Source: an uncultured Opitutaceae bacterium | GTDB taxonomy: Bacteria > Verrucomicrobiota > Verrucomicrobiia > Opitutales > Opitutaceae | Direction: 5' to 3' | Assembly (NCBI GenBank): GCA_964419075.1 | Contig: CAYQOH010000001.1 | Coordinates: 22-64,021, forward strand | Length of the DNA stretch: 64,000 bases | Shown: positions 1 to 9,394 of the stretch, piece by piece | How positions within the stretch are numbered: the stretch's first letter is position 1 | Layout: the number at the start of each line of letters is the position of its first letter | Program-made: the position numbers and the translations under genes | Notes under the pieces: model-generated | Databases searched by the model: none | Told to the model about the DNA's origin: nothing | What the model saw: only the letters and a program-made list of their open reading frames with translations

Positions 1-21
1 TGTCGCGGTAGGACGGGAAGA

Positions 22-795
22 TCATGGGGGCGTGAGCGCCGCGCTCAGCGGCGGGCGGTTGCGGATGTCCGCGAGGAGCGATGCCAGCCGGCCCGCGGCG
101 GCGGCGAGGATCGCGGCTCCCTCGCCCCGCGCCTGCCCGAGGGGCACGGCCGGTCCCGGCAGCGGGCAGACGGACTCGTCCCCCCAGGGCCTCTCGGCAG
201 GTTCCGGCGCCCCCGGTTCGGATGGTTCCGGCTCGGCGCCGTAGAGGGCGGTCAGGAGCGTCTGAAGCGTGCGGCGGCTGCGGCTGCGGACGGGATGGAA
301 ATCCAGCCCGATCGCACTCAGGTGCACCAGGAACATGTGGAGCCCGCGCGAGAGCCGCAGGTCCCGGGCCGCGGCGCCGCAGAGCTCCTCGCTCCAGGGG
401 CTCGCGTTCACGATCGCGATCCTGCGGAACCCGGCCGCCGCGACCGAGGCGGCCACCTCGGCGATCATGGCGTGGGCCGTCGGCGGATCGACGGGGAAGG
501 CGCAGGAGGGATCGGCGCCGAAGGCGAAGCGCAGTGGAGGCAGGACCAGGAGCTTGCGGTCCGCGCCGGCCAGCCGGCAGGCGTCCCGGATCACGTGCGT
601 GAGCACGGTTTCCTCGGCGTCAAGCGGATGGCCGAGACCCCAGTCCGCCATGCCGGCAAGCGGCATGACGACCACCGTCCCCTCGCGTTCCGGCCACGCC
701 CCGATCGCGGGCGACGAGAGCCAGGGCCAGAACGTGGCGTCGTCCGCCACGCAGAGCGCCGGGGGGCCTGGGGGATGTGTGTCGGGCGCGGTCAC
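22..795 (-). CDS. creatininase-fold family protein (divergent)
   Basis: 257 aa ORF. Its layout resembles creatinine amidohydrolase/MftE-like proteins (VVVMPLAGMADWGLGHPLDAEE ... RRIAIVNAS), but the usual E-x-H-G and N-G-H-G-G-N motifs are not conserved. It is last in a minus-strand operon, 4 nt after the RidA stop. Confidence 0.45.
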   Translation of the reverse strand: MTAPDTHPPGPPALCVADDATFWPWLSSPAIGAWPEREGTVVVMPLAGMADWGLGHPLDAEETVLTHVIRDACRLAGADRKLLVLPPLRFAFGADPSCAFPVDPPTAHAMIAEVAASVAAAGFRRIAIVNASPWSEELCGAAARDLRLSRGLHMFLVHLSAIGLDFHPVRSRSRRTLQTLLTALYGAEPEPSEPGAPEPAERPWGDESVCPLPGPAVPLGQARGEGAAILAAAAGRLASLLADIRNRPPLSAALTPP

Positions 796-799
796 GGGT

Positions 800-1195
800 T
801 CACTTCACGGCGGTGACCTCGATCTCCACGCAGCATCCCTCCCGGGCGAGGCCCTTCACCTCGAGGAGCGTGCTCACGGGTCGCGAATCCGCGAAGAACC
901 GGTTCCTCACCGCGGAGAACTTCTCGAAGTCGGGCATGTGCGTAAGGAACGTCTGGACCTTGACGACGTCGCCGAAGTCCATCCCCGCCGCCCTGAGGAT
1001 GGAGCCGATGAGGCCGAAGACGTACTCCGTCTGCGCCGCCGCGTCGAATGGGGCCACCACCTTGCCCTCGGGGTCGACCGCGAGCTGCCCGGTCAGGTAG
1101 AGCGTGCTCGAGCCCCCGTGCTCCACGAGCAGGCCCGGGCTGTACGCGCCCCGCGGGGCCGGGTGGTTCGTCGGGTGGATGAGCGTCTTCTTCAT
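800..1195 (-). CDS. RidA/YjgF/L-PSP family reactive-intermediate deaminase
   Basis: 131 aa with typical RidA sequence (APRGAYSPGLLV..LYLTGQLAVDPEGKVV ... TLLEVKGLAREGCCVEIEVTAV). Confidence 0.85.
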   Translation of the reverse strand: MKKTLIHPTNHPAPRGAYSPGLLVEHGGSSTLYLTGQLAVDPEGKVVAPFDAAAQTEYVFGLIGSILRAAGMDFGDVVKVQTFLTHMPDFEKFSAVRNRFFADSRPVSTLLEVKGLAREGCCVEIEVTAVK

Positions 1196-1233
1196 CGGTG
1201 CGCGGAGGATTCAGCATTCCTGGGGGGGCGAGG

Positions 1234-2544
1234 TCAATCCGGCGCGCGGGCGGCGGTCGCCGGGCCGGGCATGGTCTCGATCCGCCCGAGCAGGAAGACG
1301 AACGCCAGGACGCCGACGACCAGGATCACCGCCGCCGCCAGGAACGCTCCGACGAACGAGTGCGTGGCGCTGACGATCAGGCCCGTAGCGATCGGGGCGG
1401 CGATCCCCATCAGGTTCACGGCAAAGTTCATGATCCCGCCCACGGCCCCGACGCCCCCCTTGGGGGCGATGAGGGAGGGCAGGGACCACCCGACGGGGGC
1501 CGCGGCGGCGAGACCGCCGAGCGAGATCGAGATCCAGAAGATCGCCCATGCCGGGCTCGCCGTGCGGGTTGCGCCGATGACCGCCAGGCCGAGCAGCATG
1601 CCGCAGATCAGGACGGTCTTGCGCACGCGGGTCTCGTCGGCGCCGCGCGCGATGAGGGCGTCGATGAGCCAGCCGCCGACCAGGAGGTCCGTCAGGGTCG
1701 CGACCGCCCAGGGCGTGGCCGTGTAGGCGGCCGACCTGAGGACGCTCATCCCGCTCGTGCTGACCAGGTAGGACGGCAGCCAGGTCAGGAAGAGGTAGAA
1801 GGAGTAGCCGTAGGCCCCGAAGCCGATCGCCAGGCCCCAGATCTTGGGCTGAGTGAGCAGGTAGCCCAGCATCTTGAGGGAGCCCTCCCCGGAGGGGCCC
1901 TCGGGCACGCCGCCCCCCGCAAGAATGTGCTCGTGCTCGGCGCGGCTCAGGCGGGCGTCGGCGCTCGGGTCCCTGTAGAGAACGTAGAACGCGATGAAGT
2001 AGACCAGGCTGATGGCCGAGCAGATGGCGAATCCCCACCGCCACCCGTACTTGACCACGGCGAAGGCGATCACGGGGATCCCGAGCACGTTCGAGAATTT
2101 CGCGGCGGCGTCGAAGATCGACGTTGCGCGGGCCCGCTCAGACCGCGGAAACCAGTGCCCGGTGGCCTTGGACACCGCGGGAAACGAGGGGGCCTCCGCG
2201 ATGCCGAGGAGGAACCTCGCGGCGACGATCCCCCAAAAGCCCCCCGCGACGGCCGTGAGCGCGGAGGTCAATGTCCAGAGCAGGGCGCCCCAGCGTCCCA
2301 CCCGGGTCACGCCGAGGCGGTCGACCACGAGTCCGATGGGGACCTGGAGGACCGTGTAGGTCCAGAGGTAGGCGCTAAGGAGGAACCCGAGGGCGTCCGG
2401 GCCTATGTTGAGCGCCTTCTCAAGCTGGGGCCCGGCGATCGACAGGTTGATCCGGTCGAGGAAGCTGACGAGGATGCCCGAGCCGAGGAGCACGCCGACG
2501 CCCCAGCGCCTCCGGGGGATTCGGCTTTCGCTAGGGATTGGCAC
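1234..2544 (-). CDS. MFS transporter (anion:cation symporter-like)
   Basis: Multi-TM ORF with MFS features (FLDRINLSIAGPQL, 12 predicted hydrophobic segments). The open frame runs to 2664. I place the start at the GTG at 2544 so it does not overlap the divergent gene; the start is uncertain. Confidence 0.75.
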   Translation of the reverse strand: MPIPSESRIPRRRWGVGVLLGSGILVSFLDRINLSIAGPQLEKALNIGPDALGFLLSAYLWTYTVLQVPIGLVVDRLGVTRVGRWGALLWTLTSALTAVAGGFWGIVAARFLLGIAEAPSFPAVSKATGHWFPRSERARATSIFDAAAKFSNVLGIPVIAFAVVKYGWRWGFAICSAISLVYFIAFYVLYRDPSADARLSRAEHEHILAGGGVPEGPSGEGSLKMLGYLLTQPKIWGLAIGFGAYGYSFYLFLTWLPSYLVSTSGMSVLRSAAYTATPWAVATLTDLLVGGWLIDALIARGADETRVRKTVLICGMLLGLAVIGATRTASPAWAIFWISISLGGLAAAAPVGWSLPSLIAPKGGVGAVGGIMNFAVNLMGIAAPIATGLIVSATHSFVGAFLAAAVILVVGVLAFVFLLGRIETMPGPATAARAPD

Positions 2545-2642
2545 GCAAGCGCAAGCCCATAGGGCGTGGGCGCCGTTTGCAAAGATTGTCTTTTGGAGGA
2601 TCCCCTGCGTGGACACCTCGGGGCGGCCAACTCCAGGCTCGC

Positions 2643-4667
2643 ATGGGGACCGCCTGGCAGGCAATTTTCATCGGGATGTCGCTGGTATTTCTTAGTTTGG
2701 CGATCGCCGGGCTTTGGATCAACCTCCTGGGCGCCGGTTTGGCCGCCCGGCGCTTCATTAGTGACTATGCGGTCGCCAGGCTGACCGGCGTGCTGGCGAT
2801 CTGCATGGTGTGCTTCTGCCTGGAGCATTTTGCCGGGTTTGGCCCGCGCCCTCCGCTGCTTCCGCTCACGACGGCCCTGTCGGTGTGGCTGATCTGGCGC
2901 GGGAGGTCCGCGCTTAAGGAGAACTGGGGGAACGAGGCCCTGTTCGCCGCAGGGTTCCTCTACTGCCTGCTGTGGCGCTACACCTTCCCGGACATCGACG
3001 CCAGCGAAGACAAGATGCCGAACTTCGGCCTTATCGAGGCCTACATGAGGGGCACGCGGCTGCCGGCCCCGGACCTCTGGCTGTCGCCCTTCCCCGCAAA
3101 CTGCTACTACAGCTTCCAGCACTACGGGGCGTCGCTGCTCGGACGCCTCCTCGGCGTCGGGCCCGGCATCAGCTACCATCTCGCCTTCTGCACGATGGTC
3201 GGGTTCCTGACCCTCCTGGCGGGCCGCTGCTTCGCGGCGTTCTGCGCATGGACGCCCGGGCGCTGCGTCGGAGTCCTCTCGCTTCTGCTCGGGGGGAGCG
3301 GCGCCTGCATCGCCGCGCACCTCCTTGTCAGGAATGCCTACGTGCTCGACATCGTGCGGTTCATCGGGGGGTCGATCGAGCACGGGGAGCTGACCCCGCT
3401 CGGCAGGCGGGTCGCCGCGTGGATGACGACCCCGGGCATCGCGCCCCGCGACCTTCCCATGGAGCCGCTCAGCTATTTCCTGATCAAGGGCGACTTTCAT
3501 CCGCCGCTGGCGGGCTTCCTTCTGCTGGCCTTCGCCGCGGCGCTGATCGCCGCGCAGGAGACGGGCGCCTCGGGGCGACAGCGCGCCCTCCACCACGCGC
3601 TCCTCGCCGCGACCCTTCCCCTCGCGCTGATCTCAAACGCGTGGATCCTGCCGCTGCAGCTCCTGCTGGTGGGCGGATGGTTTCTGTTCGCGGCCGTGCG
3701 CGGCGAGGAAGGCTACCTGGCCCCCGCGCTGGGGGGGCTCGCCGCCGCGGCGGCGCTCGAGTATCCCTTCCTCCTGCAGTTTACGCAGCAGGCCATCGGC
3801 AACAACGCCGCGATCGGCCTCACCGGTTCGGCCGACCACACGCCGTGGCTCGGCTGGCTGATCACCTTCTGGCCGGTGCTCGGGATCCTCGTGCTCGGCC
3901 CGTTCAACCGCGAGCGGCGGCCCCTGGCGCTCTTCCTCGTCGCGGTTTGGACCGTGGCGCTGATCGGGACGGAGTTCCTCTACAACCACGACATCTACGG
4001 GGCCCAGTGGAGCCGGTTCAACTCGACGCTCAAGTGGTGGCCCTGGGTGTACGCGGGGATCGTCGTGACGCTGGGTGCGCTCAACCTCGGCTCGAGGTCG
4101 CGGATCTGCAGGTACGGGACGCTGGCCCTGCTCGTTCCCAACCTGGCGTTCGCCTTCGACCTGGGCAGGCAGTACACCGGGGCCTACAACGATTCCAAGG
4201 CGTCGGTCGGGCACCTTTCCGGGGCGATGTGGATCGAGCGCGACGACGTGGTCCGGGACATGATCGTCGAGCTGTCGTCGCGGCCGGACGGCGTGACCCT
4301 TGAGAGCGGGCTCGCCATGAGGAACACCGAGTCGCCTGCGGTGACCCTTTTTGCCGGCAAGCAGAGCTTCCTCGGCTGGCCGTGGCTCGAGGAGGCATGG
4401 CGCGGGTCGTACCTGGAAATCAACCAGCGTTTTGTCCAGATGAACGCGCTGTACGAGGGGACCCTCCCGGACCCGCTCGGCTGGCTGCTTCACAACAATG
4501 TGAAGTACATCCTGTGGCTCCCTCGGGACAACGTGGACAAGAACGCCCGCTTCGCGCCCCTTCGGGAGCAGATCAAGCCGCGCTACTACTGGCACCACAT
4601 GTACGGAAACGACGGCGACTTTGCCGTCGGGTTCTGGGAGCGGTCGGACGGACCACCGGGCCCGTAG
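2643..4667 (+). CDS. DUF2298 (YYY-motif) large integral membrane protein, glycosyltransferase-39-like
   Basis: Many TM segments. The motif block EDKMPNFGLIEAYMRGTRLPAPDLWLSPFPANCYYSFQHYG matches the chlor_Arch_YYY/DUF2298 signature as I remember it. The ATG at 2643 is in frame with the ORF that opens at 2538. Confidence 0.55.
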   Translation: MGTAWQAIFIGMSLVFLSLAIAGLWINLLGAGLAARRFISDYAVARLTGVLAICMVCFCLEHFAGFGPRPPLLPLTTALSVWLIWRGRSALKENWGNEALFAAGFLYCLLWRYTFPDIDASEDKMPNFGLIEAYMRGTRLPAPDLWLSPFPANCYYSFQHYGASLLGRLLGVGPGISYHLAFCTMVGFLTLLAGRCFAAFCAWTPGRCVGVLSLLLGGSGACIAAHLLVRNAYVLDIVRFIGGSIEHGELTPLGRRVAAWMTTPGIAPRDLPMEPLSYFLIKGDFHPPLAGFLLLAFAAALIAAQETGASGRQRALHHALLAATLPLALISNAWILPLQLLLVGGWFLFAAVRGEEGYLAPALGGLAAAAALEYPFLLQFTQQAIGNNAAIGLTGSADHTPWLGWLITFWPVLGILVLGPFNRERRPLALFLVAVWTVALIGTEFLYNHDIYGAQWSRFNSTLKWWPWVYAGIVVTLGALNLGSRSRICRYGTLALLVPNLAFAFDLGRQYTGAYNDSKASVGHLSGAMWIERDDVVRDMIVELSSRPDGVTLESGLAMRNTESPAVTLFAGKQSFLGWPWLEEAWRGSYLEINQRFVQMNALYEGTLPDPLGWLLHNNVKYILWLPRDNVDKNARFAPLREQIKPRYYWHHMYGNDGDFAVGFWERSDGPPGP

Positions 4668-4753
4668 GGACGGGGTGCGCCGCGCGATGGCCGCGGGCAG
4701 CGTTGTGATTTGTGCCGATTCGTGTCAGGGTGGGGTGCATAGCCGGGAGAACC

Positions 4754-5722
4754 ATGCCGATCCAATACAAGGACTACTACGAGACCCTGGGCGTCGCGCG
4801 AACCGCCACGCCTGAGGAGATCAAGCAGGCTTTCCGCAAGCTGGCCCGCATCCACCATCCGGACGTCGCCAAGAACAAGACCGCGGGCGAGGCCAGGTTC
4901 AAGGAGATCAACGAGGCCTATGAGGTCCTGGGCGACCCGGAGAAACGGCGCCGGTACGACGAGCTTGGGCCCAATTGGCAGGACGACGGGGGCGGCAGGA
5001 CCGGTCAGCCGGGGGCGCGCCGGGGCCGCAGTCCCAGGGAGGCGGCCGACTTCGAGTTCGGCGGCACGGGGTTCAGCGACTTCTTCGAGTCATTCTTCGG
5101 CGGGAGCCGCGGCGCAAGGGGCGGGTTCGCCGAACCGGGGCCGTCCTTCGACTTCGGCGAAGAGCGCGCCGAGGCCGGCCGGGACGTCGAGGCCGACATC
5201 CTGGTGACGCTCGAGGAGGCCCTGCGGGGCTCGAAGCGAAAGGTCACCCTCCGGCGCCCGCAGGGCGACGGCGAGAAGACCGACACCTACCAGGTGCGCA
5301 TCCCGCCCGGGGTGCGCGAGGGCCAGAGGATCCGCCTTGCCGGCCAGGGGGGCGAGGGGTCCGGCGGGGGCCGGGCGGGCGACCTCTACCTGCGCGTGCG
5401 CCTCGCCCGCCACCCGGACCTGAGCGTGAAGGGCCCGGACCTCTACTATGACCTGGACCTCGCACCCTGGGAGGCCGTGCTCGGCATCCGGGCGAAGATC
5501 CCCACGCTCGACGGTGCGACGTCCCTGAAGGTTCCGCCCGGGACCGCGGCCGGCGGCCAGCTGCGGCTGCGCGGCCTTGGGCTTCCCCGCGAGGACGGAA
5601 GCCGCGGCGACCTTTATGCCGTCGTGCGGATCCAGGTGCCGTCCGTCGTGTCCGCGCAGGAACGCGCCCTCTGGGAGAAGCTGGCCGGCGCGTCGACGTT
5701 CAAGCCGAGAAAGTCGTCGTGA
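4754..5722 (+). CDS. cbpA: J-domain protein, CbpA-like (DnaJ family without zinc finger)
   Basis: N-terminal J domain DYYETLGV...[16 protein letters not shown] with the HPD motif, a G/F-rich linker and DnaJ C-terminal domains. There is no CxxCxGxG zinc-finger repeat. Confidence 0.8.
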   Translation: MPIQYKDYYETLGVARTATPEEIKQAFRKLARIHHPDVAKNKTAGEARFKEINEAYEVLGDPEKRRRYDELGPNWQDDGGGRTGQPGARRGRSPREAADFEFGGTGFSDFFESFFGGSRGARGGFAEPGPSFDFGEERAEAGRDVEADILVTLEEALRGSKRKVTLRRPQGDGEKTDTYQVRIPPGVREGQRIRLAGQGGEGSGGGRAGDLYLRVRLARHPDLSVKGPDLYYDLDLAPWEAVLGIRAKIPTLDGATSLKVPPGTAAGGQLRLRGLGLPREDGSRGDLYAVVRIQVPSVVSAQERALWEKLAGASTFKPRKSS

Positions 5723-5738
5723 GGAGTTCCCTTTACCG

Positions 5739-6608
5739 ATGAAGGTTCGACCTGAGGACTTCCGCGTCACTCCCGGGCGAAAGGTCAGGCTGAAAGCCTG
5801 GCCGACCGACATCAAGGCGCTGTACAAATCGGACAAACAGTACAAGGAGGCCCTGGCCGACGACGTGCACAACCTGAGCGCGCTCCAGCGCCTCCTGTAC
5901 GCCTCCGACAGCTACGCCCTGCTGCTCATCTTCCAGGCCATGGACGCCGCGGGCAAGGACGGCGCGATCAGCCACGTGTTGAGCGGCGTCAACCCACAGG
6001 GCTGCGAGGTGCACTCGTTCAAGCAGCCGAGCGCCGAGGAGGCCGAGCACGATTTCCTGTGGCGCACCACCTGTCGCCTGCCGGCTCGCGGGAGGCTCGG
6101 GGTCTTCAACCGGTCGTACTACGAGGAGGTGCTGGTGGTCCGCGTGCATCCCGAGATCCTGCAGTCCCAGGGGCTTCCGCAGAAGCTGATGGACCCAAAG
6201 ACGGTCTGGAAGGGCCGCTACCGCTCGATCGTGGAGTTCGAGGAGCACCTGCACCGCAACGGCACGCGGGTCCTCAAGTTCTTCCTGCACCTGTCCAAGG
6301 AGGAGCAGCGCAGACGGCTGCTCAAGCGCATTGACGTGCCGGAGAAGAACTGGAAGTTCAGCCTCGCGGACGTCAAGGAGCGGAAGTTCTGGGGCGACTA
6401 CATGGGGGCGTACGAGGACTGCCTGGGCGCCACCAGCACGAAGGAGGCGCCGTGGCACATCATCCCGGCCGACGACAAGCCCAATGCGCGGCTCATCGTC
6501 TCGCGGATCGTCATCGACGCCCTGAGGGGCCTCGACATGAGCTACCCGAGCGTCTCAAGGGCGAGGCGCGTGGAGCTCCGGTCGATTCGAAGGCAGCTCG
6601 CCGGCTAG
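5739..6608 (+). CDS. ppk2: polyphosphate kinase 2 family (polyphosphate:nucleotide phosphotransferase)
   Basis: [49 protein letters not shown] ... [15 protein letters not shown] is the PPK2 P-loop/lid signature. The ATG at 5739 lies 17 nt after the cbpA-like stop. Confidence 0.85.
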   Translation: MKVRPEDFRVTPGRKVRLKAWPTDIKALYKSDKQYKEALADDVHNLSALQRLLYASDSYALLLIFQAMDAAGKDGAISHVLSGVNPQGCEVHSFKQPSAEEAEHDFLWRTTCRLPARGRLGVFNRSYYEEVLVVRVHPEILQSQGLPQKLMDPKTVWKGRYRSIVEFEEHLHRNGTRVLKFFLHLSKEEQRRRLLKRIDVPEKNWKFSLADVKERKFWGDYMGAYEDCLGATSTKEAPWHIIPADDKPNARLIVSRIVIDALRGLDMSYPSVSRARRVELRSIRRQLAG

Positions 6609-6678
6609 GGCCGAGCCTGCAGGACCGAGCCGCGCACGGCTGGCTATCGCCGGGGAAAGGGCTTAGCCTGCGCCGCCG

Positions 6679-7896
6679 ATGAAGCTGGCCCAACCAAGAC
6701 CCTCGCTCCTGGCCGTCAACGGCGGCTCGTCCAGCATCCGTTTCGCGCTGTACGAGACCGGCGCGCGCCTGCGCAGGATCCTCGATGGCAAGGTGGACCG
6801 GATAGGCCTGCCGGGGACCCGGCTAAGCTTCCACGACCGCCTGAAGGACAGTGAGGGCGGCCGTCGAATCACGGCGGCGGACCACCGCACCGCCGTCGGG
6901 GTCCTGCTGGACTGGCTCGAGGCCCGGCCCGCCTTTGCCGCGGTTCGCGCGGTCGGGCATCGGGTCGTGCACGGCATGGCGCATACGGAGCCCGAGCGGG
7001 TCACCCCGAAGCTGCTCGAGGAACTGAAGCGGATCACCCCCTTTGACCCCGACCACATGCCGCGCGAGCTGGAGCTGATCCACGCGTTCATGGAGCGCAA
7101 TCCGGCGCTGCCGCAGGTCGCGTGCTTTGACACCGCGTTCCACGGGACGATGCCGCGGGTGGCAAGGATGCTGCCCCTTCCGCGGCGCCTCGAGGCGAAG
7201 GGCGTCAGGCGCTACGGGTTCCACGGATTGTCCTACGCGTTCCTTATGGAGGAGCTTCGGCGCGTCGCCGGGGCCCGGGCCTCGCGTGGCAGGGTGGTCC
7301 TGGCCCACCTCGGCAACGGCGCGAGCATGGCGGCCGTCTGGAAGGGCAGAAGCATGGACACGACCATGGGGTTCACGCCCGCGGCCGGCCTGGTCATGAG
7401 CACCCGGTCGGGAGACCTCGATCCCGGGATCGTGGGCTTCCTTGCCCGCACGGAGGGCATGACCGCCCCGGAGTTCCAGAAGATGGTGAACCGCGACTCC
7501 GGGCTCCTCGGGGTCTCCGGGACGAGCTCCGACATGCGCGACCTGCTCGGGCGCGCATCGCGCGACATCCGGGCCGCCGAGGCTGTCGCCCTCTTCTGCT
7601 ACGCGGCCAAGAAATGGATCGGGGCGTACGCGGGCGCGCTTGGCGGACTGGACACGCTCGTCTTCTCGGGAGGAATCGGCGAGAACTCGCCGGCCGTGCG
7701 GGCGCGCATCTGCCGCGGCCTCGGGTTTCTCGGTGTCGCGCTGGACGCGAGGAGAAACGCGGCGAATGCGCCGGTGATCTCCAGGCCCGCGGCGCGCGTT
7801 GCCGTGCGGGTGATCCGCACGGACGAGGAGCTGATGATCGCGAGGTCCGTGGTGCGGACCCTCGGCCTTGGGCGGCGCGGCCCGATCCGGTCGTGA
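6679..7896 (+). CDS. ackA: acetate/propionate kinase
   Basis: LLAVNGGSSSIRFALY at the N terminus, GHRVVHG, FDTAFH, RRYGFHGLSY and IRTDEELMIA are all classical AckA motifs. Confidence 0.9.
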   Translation: MKLAQPRPSLLAVNGGSSSIRFALYETGARLRRILDGKVDRIGLPGTRLSFHDRLKDSEGGRRITAADHRTAVGVLLDWLEARPAFAAVRAVGHRVVHGMAHTEPERVTPKLLEELKRITPFDPDHMPRELELIHAFMERNPALPQVACFDTAFHGTMPRVARMLPLPRRLEAKGVRRYGFHGLSYAFLMEELRRVAGARASRGRVVLAHLGNGASMAAVWKGRSMDTTMGFTPAAGLVMSTRSGDLDPGIVGFLARTEGMTAPEFQKMVNRDSGLLGVSGTSSDMRDLLGRASRDIRAAEAVALFCYAAKKWIGAYAGALGGLDTLVFSGGIGENSPAVRARICRGLGFLGVALDARRNAANAPVISRPAARVAVRVIRTDEELMIARSVVRTLGLGRRGPIRS

Positions 7897-7980
7897 ACGG
7901 GAACGGCTCGACGCGGGGTGCGCCCAGGCTCCGCAAACGGGAAGTGGACCGGCACCGCGGGCCCGGCCTAGTCTGAAGCG

Positions 7981-8583
7981 ATGCTGCACCGCGTATTCAT
8001 TGCACGCCACGGCGAGACCAGCTGGTCGAAATCGGGCCGGCACACGGGGCGCACCGACCTCGAGCTCTCCCCTCAGGGGGAGGTGAACGCGCGCTTGCTC
8101 GCGGGCCCGATGGCCGGAGTCCGGTTCAGCGGGGTGTGGACGAGCCCCAGGCGCCGGGCCGTGCGCACCTGCGAGCTGGCCGGCCTCGGCGCCGCGGCCG
8201 AGGTCGTGGCCGACCTGGCGGAGTGGGACTACGGCGACTACGAGGGCCTGACGACGGCCGAGATCCTTGCGAGCCGGCCCGGGTGGAGGCTGTTCCGCGA
8301 CGGCTGCCCCGGGGGCGAATCGCCCGCCCAGGTGGGGGCGCGCGCCGACCGGCTCATCGCGCGGCTCCGGTCAATGGACGGGGATGTCGCGCTTTTTACC
8401 CACGGGCACTTCGGACGGGCGCTGGCCATCCGATGGATTGGCCTTCCCGTCGGCGACGGGGAGCGCCTGCTGCTCGATACCGCGTCCCTGGGCATCCTTG
8501 CGTACGAGCACGGCAGTCGCGCGGCGCCCGTGATCGCCCTTTGGAACTCGCATCCCTCGGCGGCGCCGGCCAACGGCCCATGA
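7981..8583 (+). CDS. histidine phosphatase family protein (phosphoglycerate mutase-like)
   Basis: N-terminal RHGETSWS (RHG catalytic motif) and a C-terminal THGHFGRAL block. Confidence 0.8.
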   Translation: MLHRVFIARHGETSWSKSGRHTGRTDLELSPQGEVNARLLAGPMAGVRFSGVWTSPRRRAVRTCELAGLGAAAEVVADLAEWDYGDYEGLTTAEILASRPGWRLFRDGCPGGESPAQVGARADRLIARLRSMDGDVALFTHGHFGRALAIRWIGLPVGDGERLLLDTASLGILAYEHGSRAAPVIALWNSHPSAAPANGP

Positions 8584-8679
8584 CCGACTGGGCGCCAAGG
8601 CCCCGGGACCCCTTGGGGCGGGCCTTAGCCATGTCGGCCCCGATGGGGGTCGGGACCTTCGCGGGCTTCCCGGAAGGGA

Positions 8680-9195
8680 TCAGGGGCCCGCGGCGGTGCG
8701 GCCCCCGTCCTTAATCGGGGTGGCGAACTTGTATTCGATGTCCCAGGGAAAGAAGATCCACTTGTTCTGCTTAAACTCCTTCACGCAGGTGTCGACGATG
8801 GGGCGGCCCAGCGGCTTTGCGTACAGGGTCGCAAAATGGGCCTTTGGGAGGAGCTGGCGCACGACCTGGGCCGTGCGCCCCGAATCCACGAGGTCGTCGA
8901 TCAGCAGGTAGCCTTCGCCGTCCCCTTCGACGCCCTTCAGGACCTTCACGTCCTCCCTTATCTGCTCCGCCCCGCCCGCGGCGGCCTTGGTGTAGCTCGT
9001 TACGCAGATCGTGTCCACCAGGCGGATGTCGAGTTCCCTCGCCACCAGCGCCGCGGGTATCAGTCCGCCTCGCGTGATCGCAATGATTCCCTTCCAGGAT
9101 CCCTTCGCGTGAAGCTGCTCCGAAAGGAAGCGCGCGTCGCGGTGAAGTTCGACCCAGGAGACGATGATTTCATCCTCATAATTTGAACGAGCCAT
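8680..9195 (-). CDS. gpt: xanthine-guanine phosphoribosyltransferase
   Basis: Close match along its length to E. coli Gpt as I recall it (WKGIIAITRGGLIPAALVARELDIR, GEGYLLIDDLVDSGRTA, KAHFATLYAKP). The start at 9195 (MARSNYEDEIIVSW) aligns with the E. coli MSEKYIVTW. An upstream ATG at 9219 is also open. Confidence 0.9.
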   Translation of the reverse strand: MARSNYEDEIIVSWVELHRDARFLSEQLHAKGSWKGIIAITRGGLIPAALVARELDIRLVDTICVTSYTKAAAGGAEQIREDVKVLKGVEGDGEGYLLIDDLVDSGRTAQVVRQLLPKAHFATLYAKPLGRPIVDTCVKEFKQNKWIFFPWDIEYKFATPIKDGGRTAAGP

Positions 9196-9210
9196 GGGGA
9201 ACGCTGGTGA

Positions 9211-9240
9211 ATCGGCCATGGCCGATCAACATTGATCGGC
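9211..9240. promoter_or_regulatory. overlapping perfect palindromes built from ATCGGC/GCCGAT half-sites just upstream of gpt
   Basis: ATCGGCCATGGCCGAT (9211-9226) and GCCGATCAACATTGATCGGC (9221-9240) are both perfect inverted repeats. They lie 16-45 nt upstream of the preferred gpt start. Confidence 0.25.
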
Positions 9241-9394
9241 GCCATCCTCCGCGGCCGCGAAGGGATATGGCAGTTCCCCATTCCATTGGCCCGAGGACTC
9301 TTGTCGGATACTTTCACCGAATGATGCGCCCAATCGCTTGCGGAACTTATATTCTCTATTAGATTGTGATGTGTAGCATACCAGAACTGCGAAC

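Noticed and set aside
269-3596. Long overlapping ORFs in alternative frames or antisense strands (for example 269-1726 +, 1198-2562 +, 2403-3596 -, and similar ones throughout such as 14101-15777 -, 25413-26852 +, 55959-57035 +)
   Set aside because: Their translations are Arg/Pro/Gly/Ala-rich low-complexity strings, typical of stop-poor non-coding frames in high-GC DNA. Each fully overlaps a frame with clear family motifs.
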